In this document: in pieces, positions 9,194 through 18,003 of the stretch
How positions within the stretch are numbered: position 1 is the first letter of the stretch
Layout: every line of letters starts with the position of its first letter
Assembly: GCA_947084965.1 (NCBI GenBank)
Contig: CAMTUG010000003.1
Span: 360 to 64,359 of the forward strand
DNA from: an uncultured Parcubacteria group bacterium
Lineage (GTDB): Bacteria; Patescibacteriota; Patescibacteriia; UBA9934; CAMTUG01
Length of the DNA stretch: 64,000 nucleotides
Direction of reading: 5' to 3'
Notes under the pieces: generated by a model
The model's database searches: none
Seen by the model: only the letters and a program-made list of their open reading frames with translations
What the model was told of the DNA's origin: nothing
Position numbers and translations under genes: made by a program

Positions 9194-9472
9194 ATGAAGC
9201 GTATGCCAGCAAAAATCACGATCGACGATTTGGCGGTGATGATGAATCAGCAGTTTGATCGAATCGAAAAAAGGTTTGAACAGGTCGATAAGCGATTCGA
9301 TCAAGTTGATCGTCGTTTCGAACAAATTGAGCAACGACTGGACCGTCACGATAAACAATTCACGATCATTAACCATAAACTTGACGATCTTTCGAGCGAA
9401 ACGGTGATTAATCGCGAATTTCGTGTTCTAACCGAAGCACGACTGCGCATTCTCGAAGCCAAAATCGCCTGA
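9194..9472 (+). CDS. hypothetical coiled-coil protein with five heptad (21-nt) tandem repeats
   Basis: Repeats FDRIEKR / FEQVDKR / FDQVDRR / FEQIEQR / LDRHDKQ. Confidence 0.4.
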   Translation: MKRMPAKITIDDLAVMMNQQFDRIEKRFEQVDKRFDQVDRRFEQIEQRLDRHDKQFTIINHKLDDLSSETVINREFRVLTEARLRILEAKIA

Positions 9473-9523
9473 GATGTACGGACTTGCACGGCAGGGATGA
9501 CTTTGTTATAGTCCTCGCTGTCT

Positions 9524-9597
<74 letters not shown>

Positions 9598-9670
9598 AGA
9601 AAAGACATCTGACTCGTTCAGGTGTTTTTTCTTTGTGTTACAATAGAATGGCAAAACTCATCATCATTCT

Positions 9671-10708
9671 ATGTCTACGGCTCGCTGGTTTTTTGTCCTC
9701 TTGGCACTGACTGTCTCCTTCCTTATGTGGGAGATCATCTCGCCGTTCGTCCTGACCTTGATCACCGCCGCCGTGGTGGCGATCGTCGTCGCTCCGTATG
9801 AAGAGCGACTCCGTGCGCACATCCATCATCCGCATCTGAGCGCCTTCCTCACGACCGTCCTAGTCTTCTTTTTAATCTTTATCCCACTTCTCCTCGCTTC
9901 GATCGTCATGGTGCAACAGGTCATTGACTTGGTCCGTGGCGCGCTCATCAACGGCGGAACTTGGCCGACAACGGTAGACCTCGCTACCAATCCACTCATC
10001 AGCCGCCTCCCTGATTTTATTCGCGATCAAATTCTCAGCGTTGACTTTGTCGCTCTCTTCCAAAACGTCACCGTGTGGTTCGCTCAAAATATTGGTGCGG
10101 TCGCGGCCAGCACTCTGTCTTTCACCGCCAAGTTCTTCCTCAATACCGTCCTCTTCTTCATCTCCCTCTACTACTTCCTTTCAGACCGCGAAAAAATCAC
10201 CAAGGAGATGCTCGTGCTCTCCCCGCTTAAAGACAAGGATGACCGCACGATCATCGCCCGCGTGGTCAAAACGGTACGCGCCGTCGTCTTTGGCTCGCTC
10301 ACCGTGGCAACGGTCCAAGGGATCATGGCCGCGATCGGCATGGCGATCTTCGGCGTCCCAGGGTTCTTAGTCTGGGGGGCGCTAACGATCGTCGCTTCAC
10401 AAGTACCGCTCATTGGGGTTTCGGTGGTGATGGTGCCAGCAGTCTTATATCTCCTTATCACCAGTTCGCTTGGTGCGGCGATCGGGCTTGCTGTCTGGGC
10501 GGCGGTGATGGTCGGTTTGGCTGACAACTTCCTTTCTCCGTTCCTGATTAAAGGCAAAACGAATATGCATGCCTTGTTAATTCTCCTCTCCATCCTCGGC
10601 GCCATCCAGCTCTTCGGACCTATTGGCCTCGTGATCGGCCCGACCGTTTTGGCCGCCTTTTTGGTGGTCGTCGAAATGTACAAAGCGGGCATTCTTGAAA
10701 AACGCTAA
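9671..10708 (+). CDS. AI-2E family transporter (PerM/YhhT-like, UPF0118)
   Basis: 345 aa with about 8 TM helices. Its layout is typical of AI-2E family transporters. Confidence 0.75.
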   Translation: MSTARWFFVLLALTVSFLMWEIISPFVLTLITAAVVAIVVAPYEERLRAHIHHPHLSAFLTTVLVFFLIFIPLLLASIVMVQQVIDLVRGALINGGTWPTTVDLATNPLISRLPDFIRDQILSVDFVALFQNVTVWFAQNIGAVAASTLSFTAKFFLNTVLFFISLYYFLSDREKITKEMLVLSPLKDKDDRTIIARVVKTVRAVVFGSLTVATVQGIMAAIGMAIFGVPGFLVWGALTIVASQVPLIGVSVVMVPAVLYLLITSSLGAAIGLAVWAAVMVGLADNFLSPFLIKGKTNMHALLILLSILGAIQLFGPIGLVIGPTVLAAFLVVVEMYKAGILEKR

Positions 10709-10732
10709 CCGTGCAGAATAATTTGAACGTCG

Positions 10733-10765
10733 AAAGGGGCTCTCCAGAAACGGAGAGCCCCTTTG
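10733..10765. terminator. bidirectional rho-independent terminator
   Basis: aaaggggctctcc-agaaac-ggagagcccctttg, between convergent genes. Confidence 0.7.
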
Positions 10766-10775
10766 CGCGCAGGGA

Positions 10776-11267
10776 TCAGATCGCGGTGTCGTCCTCGGCC
10801 GGGTCGAACGGTTGGAGGGTCAGCTCGCCGATCTTGGCCGGGACTTCGAGCAGGACCACCCGGGCGTCGATCTCGAGATCGGTGTCGATGAACCGGCCCT
10901 TGATGCTCAACTCCCAGCCGGCGATGACCTCCTCGAAGACGACCTCGTTCCCGTCGACCACCACCCCCTCGACCACGTAGTCGAGCGGGCCGGTGATGGT
11001 CGCATCGCCCTCGACCTCGGGGTCGTCAGCGATCGGGAAGTAGAGCTCGCCTTCGAAGTGAATCTCGACCGTGGTGTCGTCGTCCGGGCCGGTGAAGACG
11101 AGCGACAACGTCGACGCCTCTGACACGACGACCAGGTCGGTCAGGCGCTCGGGGTCGAACTCACCGCGGTACCCGGTCTCGCTGACCACCGCGAGCGGAT
11201 CCTGAAAGCCGATCGTCGCGCAGCCGGTGAGGGACGCGAACAGGACGAGGGAAGAGATGGTTCGCAT
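10776..11267 (-). CDS. lipoprotein, hypothetical, acidic; lies in a GC-rich patch
   Basis: Lipobox in MRTISSLVLFASLTGCA. GC-rich third codon positions, unlike neighbouring genes. The ORF is open further upstream to 11453, but the Met at 11267 gives a proper signal peptide. Confidence 0.5.
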   Translation of the reverse strand: MRTISSLVLFASLTGCATIGFQDPLAVVSETGYRGEFDPERLTDLVVVSEASTLSLVFTGPDDDTTVEIHFEGELYFPIADDPEVEGDATITGPLDYVVEGVVVDGNEVVFEEVIAGWELSIKGRFIDTDLEIDARVVLLEVPAKIGELTLQPFDPAEDDTAI

Positions 11268-11613
11268 GGGGACCTCGGGGTGGATGGGTAAGGATAGAAT
11301 GGGGGGATTGTGTGCACATTGGGAGATGTGCCGCGTGAAGTCACGAGGCTCGCTCGCGCGCTCACGTGGCCTGCCAGCTCCAGCTAGCAAAATCAGAAAC
11401 CGACGGCTCTGCATATTCCCTTGGGAGAATACGAATAACCGTCGGCCTTTCACCCCTTTACCGCGGGTGTGACGTCCTCTCTCCCAAGAGGTTGTTTGTT
11501 TGGATGGGCTCGTAACCCTTCTAAAAGGACGTTCTGGAACCGTCTAAAATAGCATACTTTGGACACTTTGTCAATCCTCCTGCGCTAACTTTAGCTAAAA
11601 ATAAGACCGAAGT

Positions 11614-11642
11614 CTGATACCGGCTTCAGAAGCCGGTATCAG
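11614..11642. repeat. perfect palindrome (14-bp arms) ctgataccggcttc/agaagccggtatcag
   Basis: Read directly; intergenic, upstream of tRNA-Leu(UAA). Confidence 0.5.
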
Positions 11643-11690
11643 AAGACGGCGACTTGTAGAAACTACAGAAAATGTTATTCTTTGGCCCAC

Positions 11691-11774
11691 GGGCCGGTGG
11701 CGGAATGGTATACGCGGAGCGCTTAAACCGCTCTCCCGCAAGGGTTGTGGGTTCGAGTCCCACCCGGCCCACCA
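11691..11774 (+). tRNA. tRNA-Leu (anticodon UAA), CCA encoded
   Basis: gggccgg acceptor, anticodon loop cttaaac, long variable arm tcccgcaagggtt, T-arm gtgggttcgagtcccac, then ccggccc-a-cca. Confidence 0.8.
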
Positions 11775-11780
11775 AAGAGT

Positions 11781-12308
11781 ATGCAGCCGTGGCAAAAGCT
11801 GAGTGAAAAAAATGTTTACAATGGGTTTCGAAAGGTTGTAAGAAAAATCTTTCGAGCACCAGATGGCCGCGAAGTCTCATTTGATATCTATCAGGACGGC
11901 GCGGCTGTTTGTATTTTGCCGATCACATCCAACGGAAATGTTGTCATGGCCAAGCAGTTTCGTCCTGGGCCGGAACGGTGTGTGATCGAACTCCCTGGTG
12001 GGGGCATCGAATCAGGCGAACTGCCAGAGACGGCCGCAGCCCGTGAACTCCTCGAAGAAACCGGTTATGTGGGGGAGCTCGCGTTCGTCGGTACTTCCCT
12101 TCACTCCGCCTACTCAACGCTCATTCGCTATAACTTCGTGGCTACCAACTGCACCCGTATTCAAAATCCTACCCCTGATGAAAATGAATGCATTGATGTT
12201 TGCGAATTGCCCCTCGATGACTTTCTCGTCCACCTGCGAAGCGGCCAGCTCACGGACGTCACGACAGGATACCTCGGGCTCGTGCATCTGGGGGTATTAA
12301 AACAGTAA
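11781..12308 (+). CDS. NUDIX hydrolase (ADP-ribose pyrophosphatase-like)
   Basis: Nudix box GGGIESGELPETAAARELLEETG. The start is moved to the Met downstream of the tRNA. Confidence 0.7.
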   Translation: MQPWQKLSEKNVYNGFRKVVRKIFRAPDGREVSFDIYQDGAAVCILPITSNGNVVMAKQFRPGPERCVIELPGGGIESGELPETAAARELLEETGYVGELAFVGTSLHSAYSTLIRYNFVATNCTRIQNPTPDENECIDVCELPLDDFLVHLRSGQLTDVTTGYLGLVHLGVLKQ

Positions 12309-12310
12309 GA

Positions 12311-12328
12311 CGGGGCACTGTGGCCCCG
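12311..12328. terminator. compact bidirectional hairpin cggggc-actgtg-gccccg between convergent genes
   Basis: GC stem. It shares the motif cggggcNNNgtggccccgcctat with the hairpin at 49091. Confidence 0.45.
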
Positions 12329-12354
12329 CCTATACGTTTACGTTTGTGTATCTG

Positions 12355-12918
12355 TTATGACGCCGGTGTCGCTGTCGCCACCCGTTCGTGGCGGGCGCGA
12401 TCTTCTTGCATCAGTCCAAGCACTAGCTGCCGCACGCTATCAGGGTTCGGAACTTCCCTAAAGACGAGTTGCCCGCGCTCCCCAGCCGTCTGCACCGTAA
12501 CATTTCCGTAGCGCAGCAACGTTTGAATGACCCCTTTCATCTCGCTCGTCACGTCAACGATCGACGCCAGATGACACTCCGTCGTCTCGCGTCGAAACAG
12601 CCCGAACTGTTCAACGTCGATCACTCGCTCCGTGGTGACGATCCAGGTGTCGAGATAAAAATCGATCACCTCTTGGAAGACCAGAACCCACAAGATGAGA
12701 TAGTAAAAGCTGGTGAACAGCGTCAGGAGTGGAGCGGCAATCGGATGCGAGAGAAGGATCGGATATTCTGTGTTGATGAAAAAGTAGGCGCCGATCGGGA
12801 TCAATCCGGAGAAAAAAAGGGCGACGATAATCTTGGTCGGAATCCACCAATGACGCCGAACAACGAGCTTTGTTTTTTCCTCCGGCAGACGATTTGGAAG
12901 TTGATCGATATTAATCAT
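12355..12918 (-). CDS. membrane protein with bacterial PH (YdbT/DUF304-like) domain
   Basis: Two N-terminal TM helices, then a soluble domain. Confidence 0.45.
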   Translation of the reverse strand: MINIDQLPNRLPEEKTKLVVRRHWWIPTKIIVALFFSGLIPIGAYFFINTEYPILLSHPIAAPLLTLFTSFYYLILWVLVFQEVIDFYLDTWIVTTERVIDVEQFGLFRRETTECHLASIVDVTSEMKGVIQTLLRYGNVTVQTAGERGQLVFREVPNPDSVRQLVLGLMQEDRARHERVATATPAS

Positions 12919-13178
12919 AAAGGAGAGATAATGCGTTCAGGAAAGAAAACCTGTTGAATCGCCTCGACGTCGATCGACTGTGACCAGTCAAATTCCATCA
13001 GCAGAATCGCCGAAACAAAAAGGATCGCCCCCGTCCCAACGACGTAAATAGAAACGACCGCTGTTGTGCCTGCGCCGCCGATCGCAAAATGCTTCAAGTG
13101 ATAGATATTGAAGAAAACGAAGATAAAGTAAAAGACGAGAAACAATGCGTAAGGGATAAGAAAAAGGGAGATGGTCAT
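12915..13178 (-). CDS. small membrane protein (hypothetical, YdbS-like partner)
   Basis: 87 aa with two hydrophobic helices. Its start overlaps the downstream gene by 4 nt. Confidence 0.4.
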   Translation of the reverse strand: MTISLFLIPYALFLVFYFIFVFFNIYHLKHFAIGGAGTTAVVSIYVVGTGAILFVSAILLMEFDWSQSIDVEAIQQVFFPERIISPL

Positions 13179-14215
13179 AACTTTAAATGTTCATAAGCGC
13201 GCGTAGTCGCCATGCGGCCGCGCGGGGTGCGTTCAAGAAGGCCGAGTTGAATCAGGAACGGCTCGACAACCTCTTCGATCGTCTCAAGTTCTTGTGCCGT
13301 CGCAGCCGAGATCGTGGAAAGACCAACGGGGCCGCCTGAAAACTTTTCAATAATCGTCGAAAGCACATGACGGTCGGTAGCATCGAGGCCGACTTCGTCG
13401 ATCTTCAGCATTTCCAGAGCCGCACGGGCAGAAGGAAGGGAAACGTTGCCATCCCCTTTGACCTGAGCAAAGTCACGAACGCGGCGCAACAGACGGTTGG
13501 CGATGCGCGGAGTACGGCGTGAACGGCGAGCGACTTCTCCCTCTGCTTCGCTATCGATCGCGATATTCAATCGAGCCGCATTCCGGCGAACGATCTCGCC
13601 GATCTCCTCGTCATTATAAAAATCAATCTGATGCACCATTCCAAAACGATCACGCAGTGGCGAGGAAAGGAGCGACAGACGCGTCGTCGCACCGATGATC
13701 GTGAAACGCTCAAGGTTGATGCGCAAGGTACGCGCGGTCGGCCCCTTACCCACGACGATGTCGAGAGCAAAGTCTTCCATCGCCGGGTACAACACCTCTT
13801 CAATCGTACGGTTCATGCGATGAATTTCGTCGATGAACAGGACATCCCCCGGGCCGAGATTGGAAAGAATCGCAGCCAAGTCTCCGACGCGCTCGAGTGC
13901 CGGACCGCTGGTCACCCGGATCTGTGCTCCCATTTCGTTTGCTAGCACGTGGGCGAGAGTCGTCTTTCCGAGCCCTGGATTTCCATAAAACAAGACGTGC
14001 TCCAGAGGCTCGCCGCGGCCTTTAGCTGCATCCAAAAAGACGCGCAGGTTATCCTTCAGCGCCTGCTGGCCAACAAAATCTTCCAGTGTTTTCGGGCGCA
14101 GCGTCACTTCGAACGAGCGTTCCTCCTCGGGTGCCCCAGGGGAAACAAGCCGTTCCAAAAGCTGTGGATCTTGTTCAATCATACATGCTTCAAGTATAGC
14201 ACGACCCTTATCCAA
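13175..14215 (-). CDS. ruvB: Holliday junction branch migration helicase RuvB
   Basis: Walker [20 protein letters not shown], with the RuvB N and C domains. Confidence 0.9.
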   Translation of the reverse strand: MDKGRAILEACMIEQDPQLLERLVSPGAPEEERSFEVTLRPKTLEDFVGQQALKDNLRVFLDAAKGRGEPLEHVLFYGNPGLGKTTLAHVLANEMGAQIRVTSGPALERVGDLAAILSNLGPGDVLFIDEIHRMNRTIEEVLYPAMEDFALDIVVGKGPTARTLRINLERFTIIGATTRLSLLSSPLRDRFGMVHQIDFYNDEEIGEIVRRNAARLNIAIDSEAEGEVARRSRRTPRIANRLLRRVRDFAQVKGDGNVSLPSARAALEMLKIDEVGLDATDRHVLSTIIEKFSGGPVGLSTISAATAQELETIEEVVEPFLIQLGLLERTPRGRMATTRAYEHLKL

Positions 14216-14284
14216 GCCCCATCGCTCCGCAGGCTTCGACCTGCGCCATCTTGTTGGTCATTTAATGTCGCAGGCCGAACCCTG

Positions 14285-14395
14285 CTCCGCGCTGGGGCCA
14301 GCTTGTGCCTTCCGAACCGCGAAGCGGAATCACGTCCGCGACATTAATAGCCAAAAATCTATGTCGCGGCGGGATTCTGCGAAGCGGTGAGGAGG
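14285..14395 (-). repeat. intergenic repeat element, copy A (about 85-90% identical to the copy at 27150-27260 in reverse orientation)
   Basis: The reverse complement of 14341-14395 is cgcagaatcccgccgcgacatagatttttggctattaatgtcgcg. This matches 27165-27205 with 3 mismatches and contains a 9-bp stem ccgcgacat/atgtcgcgg. Confidence 0.6.
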
Positions 14396-14438
14396 GCGCG
14401 AGGAAAACAAAGACGAGAGCGTTTGCTCCCGTCTTGTT

Positions 14439-16526
14439 TTACTTCCATCGTTTCTCTAAGTCGATGCCAGTGTAGAAATAGTGGAGAATCTTTTTATAGT
14501 CATCGCCGTCGTTGGCCATACAGAGTGCGCCCGATGCGCTCATCCCAACCCCGTGCCCCCAAAGGGTCTTTCCCACGTCGCACGGCACGGCTACAGACTT
14601 AGACCACGGGACCGATCCGCCCCACACTTCGCTCCAGTCACGCGTGCGCCCGTCCGAGCGCGAGAAGTAGGCAGTAATTGCCGTCTCCCCTTTATAGGTA
14701 ACGGTCACCCCACGAGTCAGATCAACCGCTTCAGACATTTTCGGGGTGCGTAATTCTTGGCCGTAGCCTTTGTACACTTGGTCGTAGTACGCATCGACGT
14801 GATAATACTCATCGTCGTGCTTCGTCGCCCGTTGCCAGTGATAATAGGCATAGGTGCGAGCCGAAACGATCAACGTTTTTTGGAACTCGATATGTGAATC
14901 GTTAGACGTTTCAGCCAGCCCTTTTAGGTACCATTCCATCGGCAGTTCGTTGATCATCCAGATGCGATCTTTCGAGTCGTTGTAGCGAATCTCCAAAATA
15001 TTACGGAATTGGTTGTCGGCATACTTCGATCCGCGTGTGACTCGACGATCAAAGTTCGTGATCGTGAGAATGCTGTTCGCCAAATCTGGAACGAAACGCA
15101 GAGCCTTTTTCGAAACTTGTTCACCGTCGCCAAGATCGTAGTAATATTTGCCGTTTTCATACCAAGCCGTGACCTTCTTGCCCTTGGCCACCTCGGCTAA
15201 TGCTTTTCCGTCGATATCCGTAACCTTCATACCAGACTCGTCGGCACGAATGACGATCTCATCATCTGTCTCTTCGTCGACCGTCAGGATCCCGACACGG
15301 ATCGTCGGCTCATCAATCACAAGATTTTGTACGATTCCGTCGCTCGTCGTTTCTTTTGTCGTCTTCTTTTCTTTCACCTTTTTCTTCGGTGTATCTTTGG
15401 CCGTACTCGCCCCACTTGTGACCTCGACGGGGATATTAATCATCCCCCCCTCGATCGATTCTCCGTCGACTTCGACCTGGAACGAGACCGTAAAGTTTCC
15501 TTTCTTGTTTGGGGTTTTGAAAGCAAACGTGAACGTATCCGTCGCCCCTGGCTTTACCGTCCCACTATTTTCAACAACGACACTCGAGGACTTCCAAGAT
15601 GGGTGTTTAAAATCCGCGGTTGAAACACCAGCGATCTTCACATCAGATGAATTGAGCGTCCGCGCTCCCCAGGTTGTCGTCCCTGTGTTCTTGACCTGTA
15701 CCGTATATAAAACAGAAATTCCGCCCTTGGCCTTGATGGAAGGGGCGGTGGTCGCTACGACCTCGGCTTCATGTCCGCTCGTACTGGTCGATGTACCTGT
15801 CGTCGATGTGGGAGACGTCCCTGTTACATCGATCGTGATCGTAAACTCTCCGCCCGGGATCCAGGCTAAATTTTCAGCGGCCAAGTTAAACGTTTCCTTG
15901 TACGTTCCGGCGGTCTTCGGGGCTTTTAACGTAAAGGTGAGTGAGCCTTTCCCCCCGACCTTCACCGCTGATTCGGAAAGCTTGGCCGGCTGATCGGATC
16001 GATACCACGAACCGCTTTGAAAAACGCTGGTACGGTACTTCGGACCGTAGGTGTAAATAGAAACGAATCGCTCTCCGCCGTTTGACCAGTCCTTTTCGCC
16101 GATGTTTTGGAAGGTCACGGTGACTTCCTTAGATTCCCCCGGCGCCATCGTCACCTTGCTTGGGATCTGCACCTGCATCGCTTCATATCCTTTGAGAGGC
16201 GCGGCGTGCGCTGTTTTGATTCCAAATACCGCGTTCAACCAAGGAGCACGAGCCTGTTCGTCGCTCGCCATAACCGGTGGAGCCGCTTCGCGCGAGCGGA
16301 TCACCCCCTCGACCGTAGACAACACAAGCGCCGAGGCGACGACTAAAAAAACGACCAGGGCACTATCAGCAAGCACCCCTGCGTAGGTGCGCAGTGCCTG
16401 CCGGAATGCCGGCCGCTCAGGAGTCACCACCAACGGTTCGGCGGGCGCTCCGATATTGTCTTCAAGCGATGGAAACAACATGTTGTCAGGCTTTTTAGAG
16501 AACTTTTGATAAATCAATGATAGCAT
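14439..16526 (-). CDS. SpoIID/LytB-domain protein (N-terminal TM, S/T-rich linker)
   Basis: The C-terminal region is SpoIID-like (...YYDQVYKGYGQE...GHGVGMSASGALCMA...). Confidence 0.65.
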   Translation of the reverse strand: MLSLIYQKFSKKPDNMLFPSLEDNIGAPAEPLVVTPERPAFRQALRTYAGVLADSALVVFLVVASALVLSTVEGVIRSREAAPPVMASDEQARAPWLNAVFGIKTAHAAPLKGYEAMQVQIPSKVTMAPGESKEVTVTFQNIGEKDWSNGGERFVSIYTYGPKYRTSVFQSGSWYRSDQPAKLSESAVKVGGKGSLTFTLKAPKTAGTYKETFNLAAENLAWIPGGEFTITIDVTGTSPTSTTGTSTSTSGHEAEVVATTAPSIKAKGGISVLYTVQVKNTGTTTWGARTLNSSDVKIAGVSTADFKHPSWKSSSVVVENSGTVKPGATDTFTFAFKTPNKKGNFTVSFQVEVDGESIEGGMINIPVEVTSGASTAKDTPKKKVKEKKTTKETTSDGIVQNLVIDEPTIRVGILTVDEETDDEIVIRADESGMKVTDIDGKALAEVAKGKKVTAWYENGKYYYDLGDGEQVSKKALRFVPDLANSILTITNFDRRVTRGSKYADNQFRNILEIRYNDSKDRIWMINELPMEWYLKGLAETSNDSHIEFQKTLIVSARTYAYYHWQRATKHDDEYYHVDAYYDQVYKGYGQELRTPKMSEAVDLTRGVTVTYKGETAITAYFSRSDGRTRDWSEVWGGSVPWSKSVAVPCDVGKTLWGHGVGMSASGALCMANDGDDYKKILHYFYTGIDLEKRWK

Positions 16527-16530
16527 TTTT

Positions 16531-18003
16531 TTGACCTTCCGTCAATTCGCAATTGGGTATATGATGAACACAATTATGGCTCATGAGTCCGGGAAACTCG
16601 CACGCAACACCGCTCTGCAGATCGCCGGAAAGGCGATCGGTATTCTTTTGGGACTCGCGACCGTCGCCGTTCTCTTCCGTTATTTGCAAGAAACGGGATT
16701 CGGAGAGTTCACGACGGCGATCACCTATCTTTCGATCTTTGCGGTGATCGTGGACTTCGGTCTGACCCTCACCACGGTCCAGATGATCTCGGAACCGGGA
16801 GCTGATGAACCGAAGATCCTCGGCAACATCTTTGCCTTACGCATTCTCTCCGGCCTCGTCGTCTTCACCCTCGCTCCGATCATCGCTCTCCTCTTCCCTT
16901 ACAGCCCAATCATCAAGTTAGCGATCGCCGTCGGTTCGATGGCCTACTTCTTCTCCTCCACTTCGCAGATGCTCGGAGGGGTTTTCCAAAAACGCCTCGA
17001 GATGTGGCGCGTCGTTCTGGCTGAGTTGGTCGGACGGTTGATCCTGCTTGTCGGTTCCGTCTTCGTTGCCCTGACCGCCGGATCGATGATCGAAGTCGTC
17101 CTCGCGATCGTCATCGGCAACTTCGCCCAACTAGCCATCACCCTCCTCCTCGCCCGGCCGTTCGTGCGCATCAAATCTGCGATCGACCTCGCTATCTGGA
17201 AGATGATCCTTAGCCGTAGCTGGCCGATCGGAGTCAGTATTATCTTCAACGTCGTCTACCTGCGCGGCGACATCCTCTTCCTTTCTTTCTTCCGCGATGA
17301 CGCCGAAGTCGGTTTCTACGGCGCGGCTTACAAAATCATCGACACCCTCACCGCCATTCCAGTTCTCTTCATGGGGCTGATCCTTCCCATGCTCGTCTCG
17401 GCCTGGTCGGACCACAACAGAGAGCGATTTGCCGCACTGATGCAGAAAAGCTTTGATTTCTTCGTTCTCCTCGGTCTCCCGATCGCCGTTGGTGCCTATG
17501 CCCTCGCTACCCCGCTCATGGTTTTGTTTGGTGGCGAGCGCTTCGCCCCGTCCGGCGCGATCCTTCAAGTCCTCGCCCCGACGATCTTCATCGTCTTTGT
17601 GGGCGCTCTCTACGGCCACGCGATCGTCGGGATCCGCAAGCAAAAACCGATGGCCTTTGGCTATGCCATAACCGCGGTCGTTTCGATCGCCGCCTACCTC
17701 TACTTCGTCCCTCGCTTCGGCGGGATCGGCGCCGCCTGGGTAACGTTCATCTCCGAAGCCCTTCTGGCCGCGATTACCTACATTGTTGTCGTCAAAACAT
17801 CCGGTGCCTCACCGCGTCTCACGATCCTTTGGAAGTCAGCTCTTGCCTGCCTGATCATGTTTGTCACGTTGACCGCAACTCCTGACATGCACGTCCTCCT
17901 CCAGGTGGTCCTTGGCGTCCTCGCTTATACCGCGGCCGCGATCGCCCTTAAGATGATCTCGGTGCGCGAAGTCCGTAACCTCTTCTTAAAGCGCGCCGTA
18001 TGA
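16531..18003 (+). CDS. MOP-superfamily polysaccharide/lipid-II flippase (Wzx/MurJ-like)
   Basis: 490 aa with about 14 TM helices and a polysaccharide-biosynthesis-protein-like layout. The true start may be a few codons downstream. Confidence 0.6.
   Translation: MTFRQFAIGYMMNTIMAHESGKLARNTALQIAGKAIGILLGLATVAVLFRYLQETGFGEFTTAITYLSIFAVIVDFGLTLTTVQMISEPGADEPKILGNIFALRILSGLVVFTLAPIIALLFPYSPIIKLAIAVGSMAYFFSSTSQMLGGVFQKRLEMWRVVLAELVGRLILLVGSVFVALTAGSMIEVVLAIVIGNFAQLAITLLLARPFVRIKSAIDLAIWKMILSRSWPIGVSIIFNVVYLRGDILFLSFFRDDAEVGFYGAAYKIIDTLTAIPVLFMGLILPMLVSAWSDHNRERFAALMQKSFDFFVLLGLPIAVGAYALATPLMVLFGGERFAPSGAILQVLAPTIFIVFVGALYGHAIVGIRKQKPMAFGYAITAVVSIAAYLYFVPRFGGIGAAWVTFISEALLAAITYIVVVKTSGASPRLTILWKSALACLIMFVTLTATPDMHVLLQVVLGVLAYTAAAIALKMISVREVRNLFLKRAV

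Noticed and set aside
9262-9366. Five 21-nt tandem repeats considered as a possible CRISPR-like or regulatory repeat.
   Set aside because: They lie in frame inside a coding sequence and encode coiled-coil heptads (FxQVDKR), so they are a protein-level repeat.
11595-11880. ORFs 11595..11795 (-) and 11626..11880 (-).
   Set aside because: They overlap tRNA-Leu(UAA) on the opposite strand.
15148-15993. 281-aa plus-strand ORF inside the SpoIID/LytB gene.
   Set aside because: It is antisense to a gene with clear domain support. Its product is S/T/V-rich low-complexity sequence and mirrors the S/T-rich linker of the real gene.
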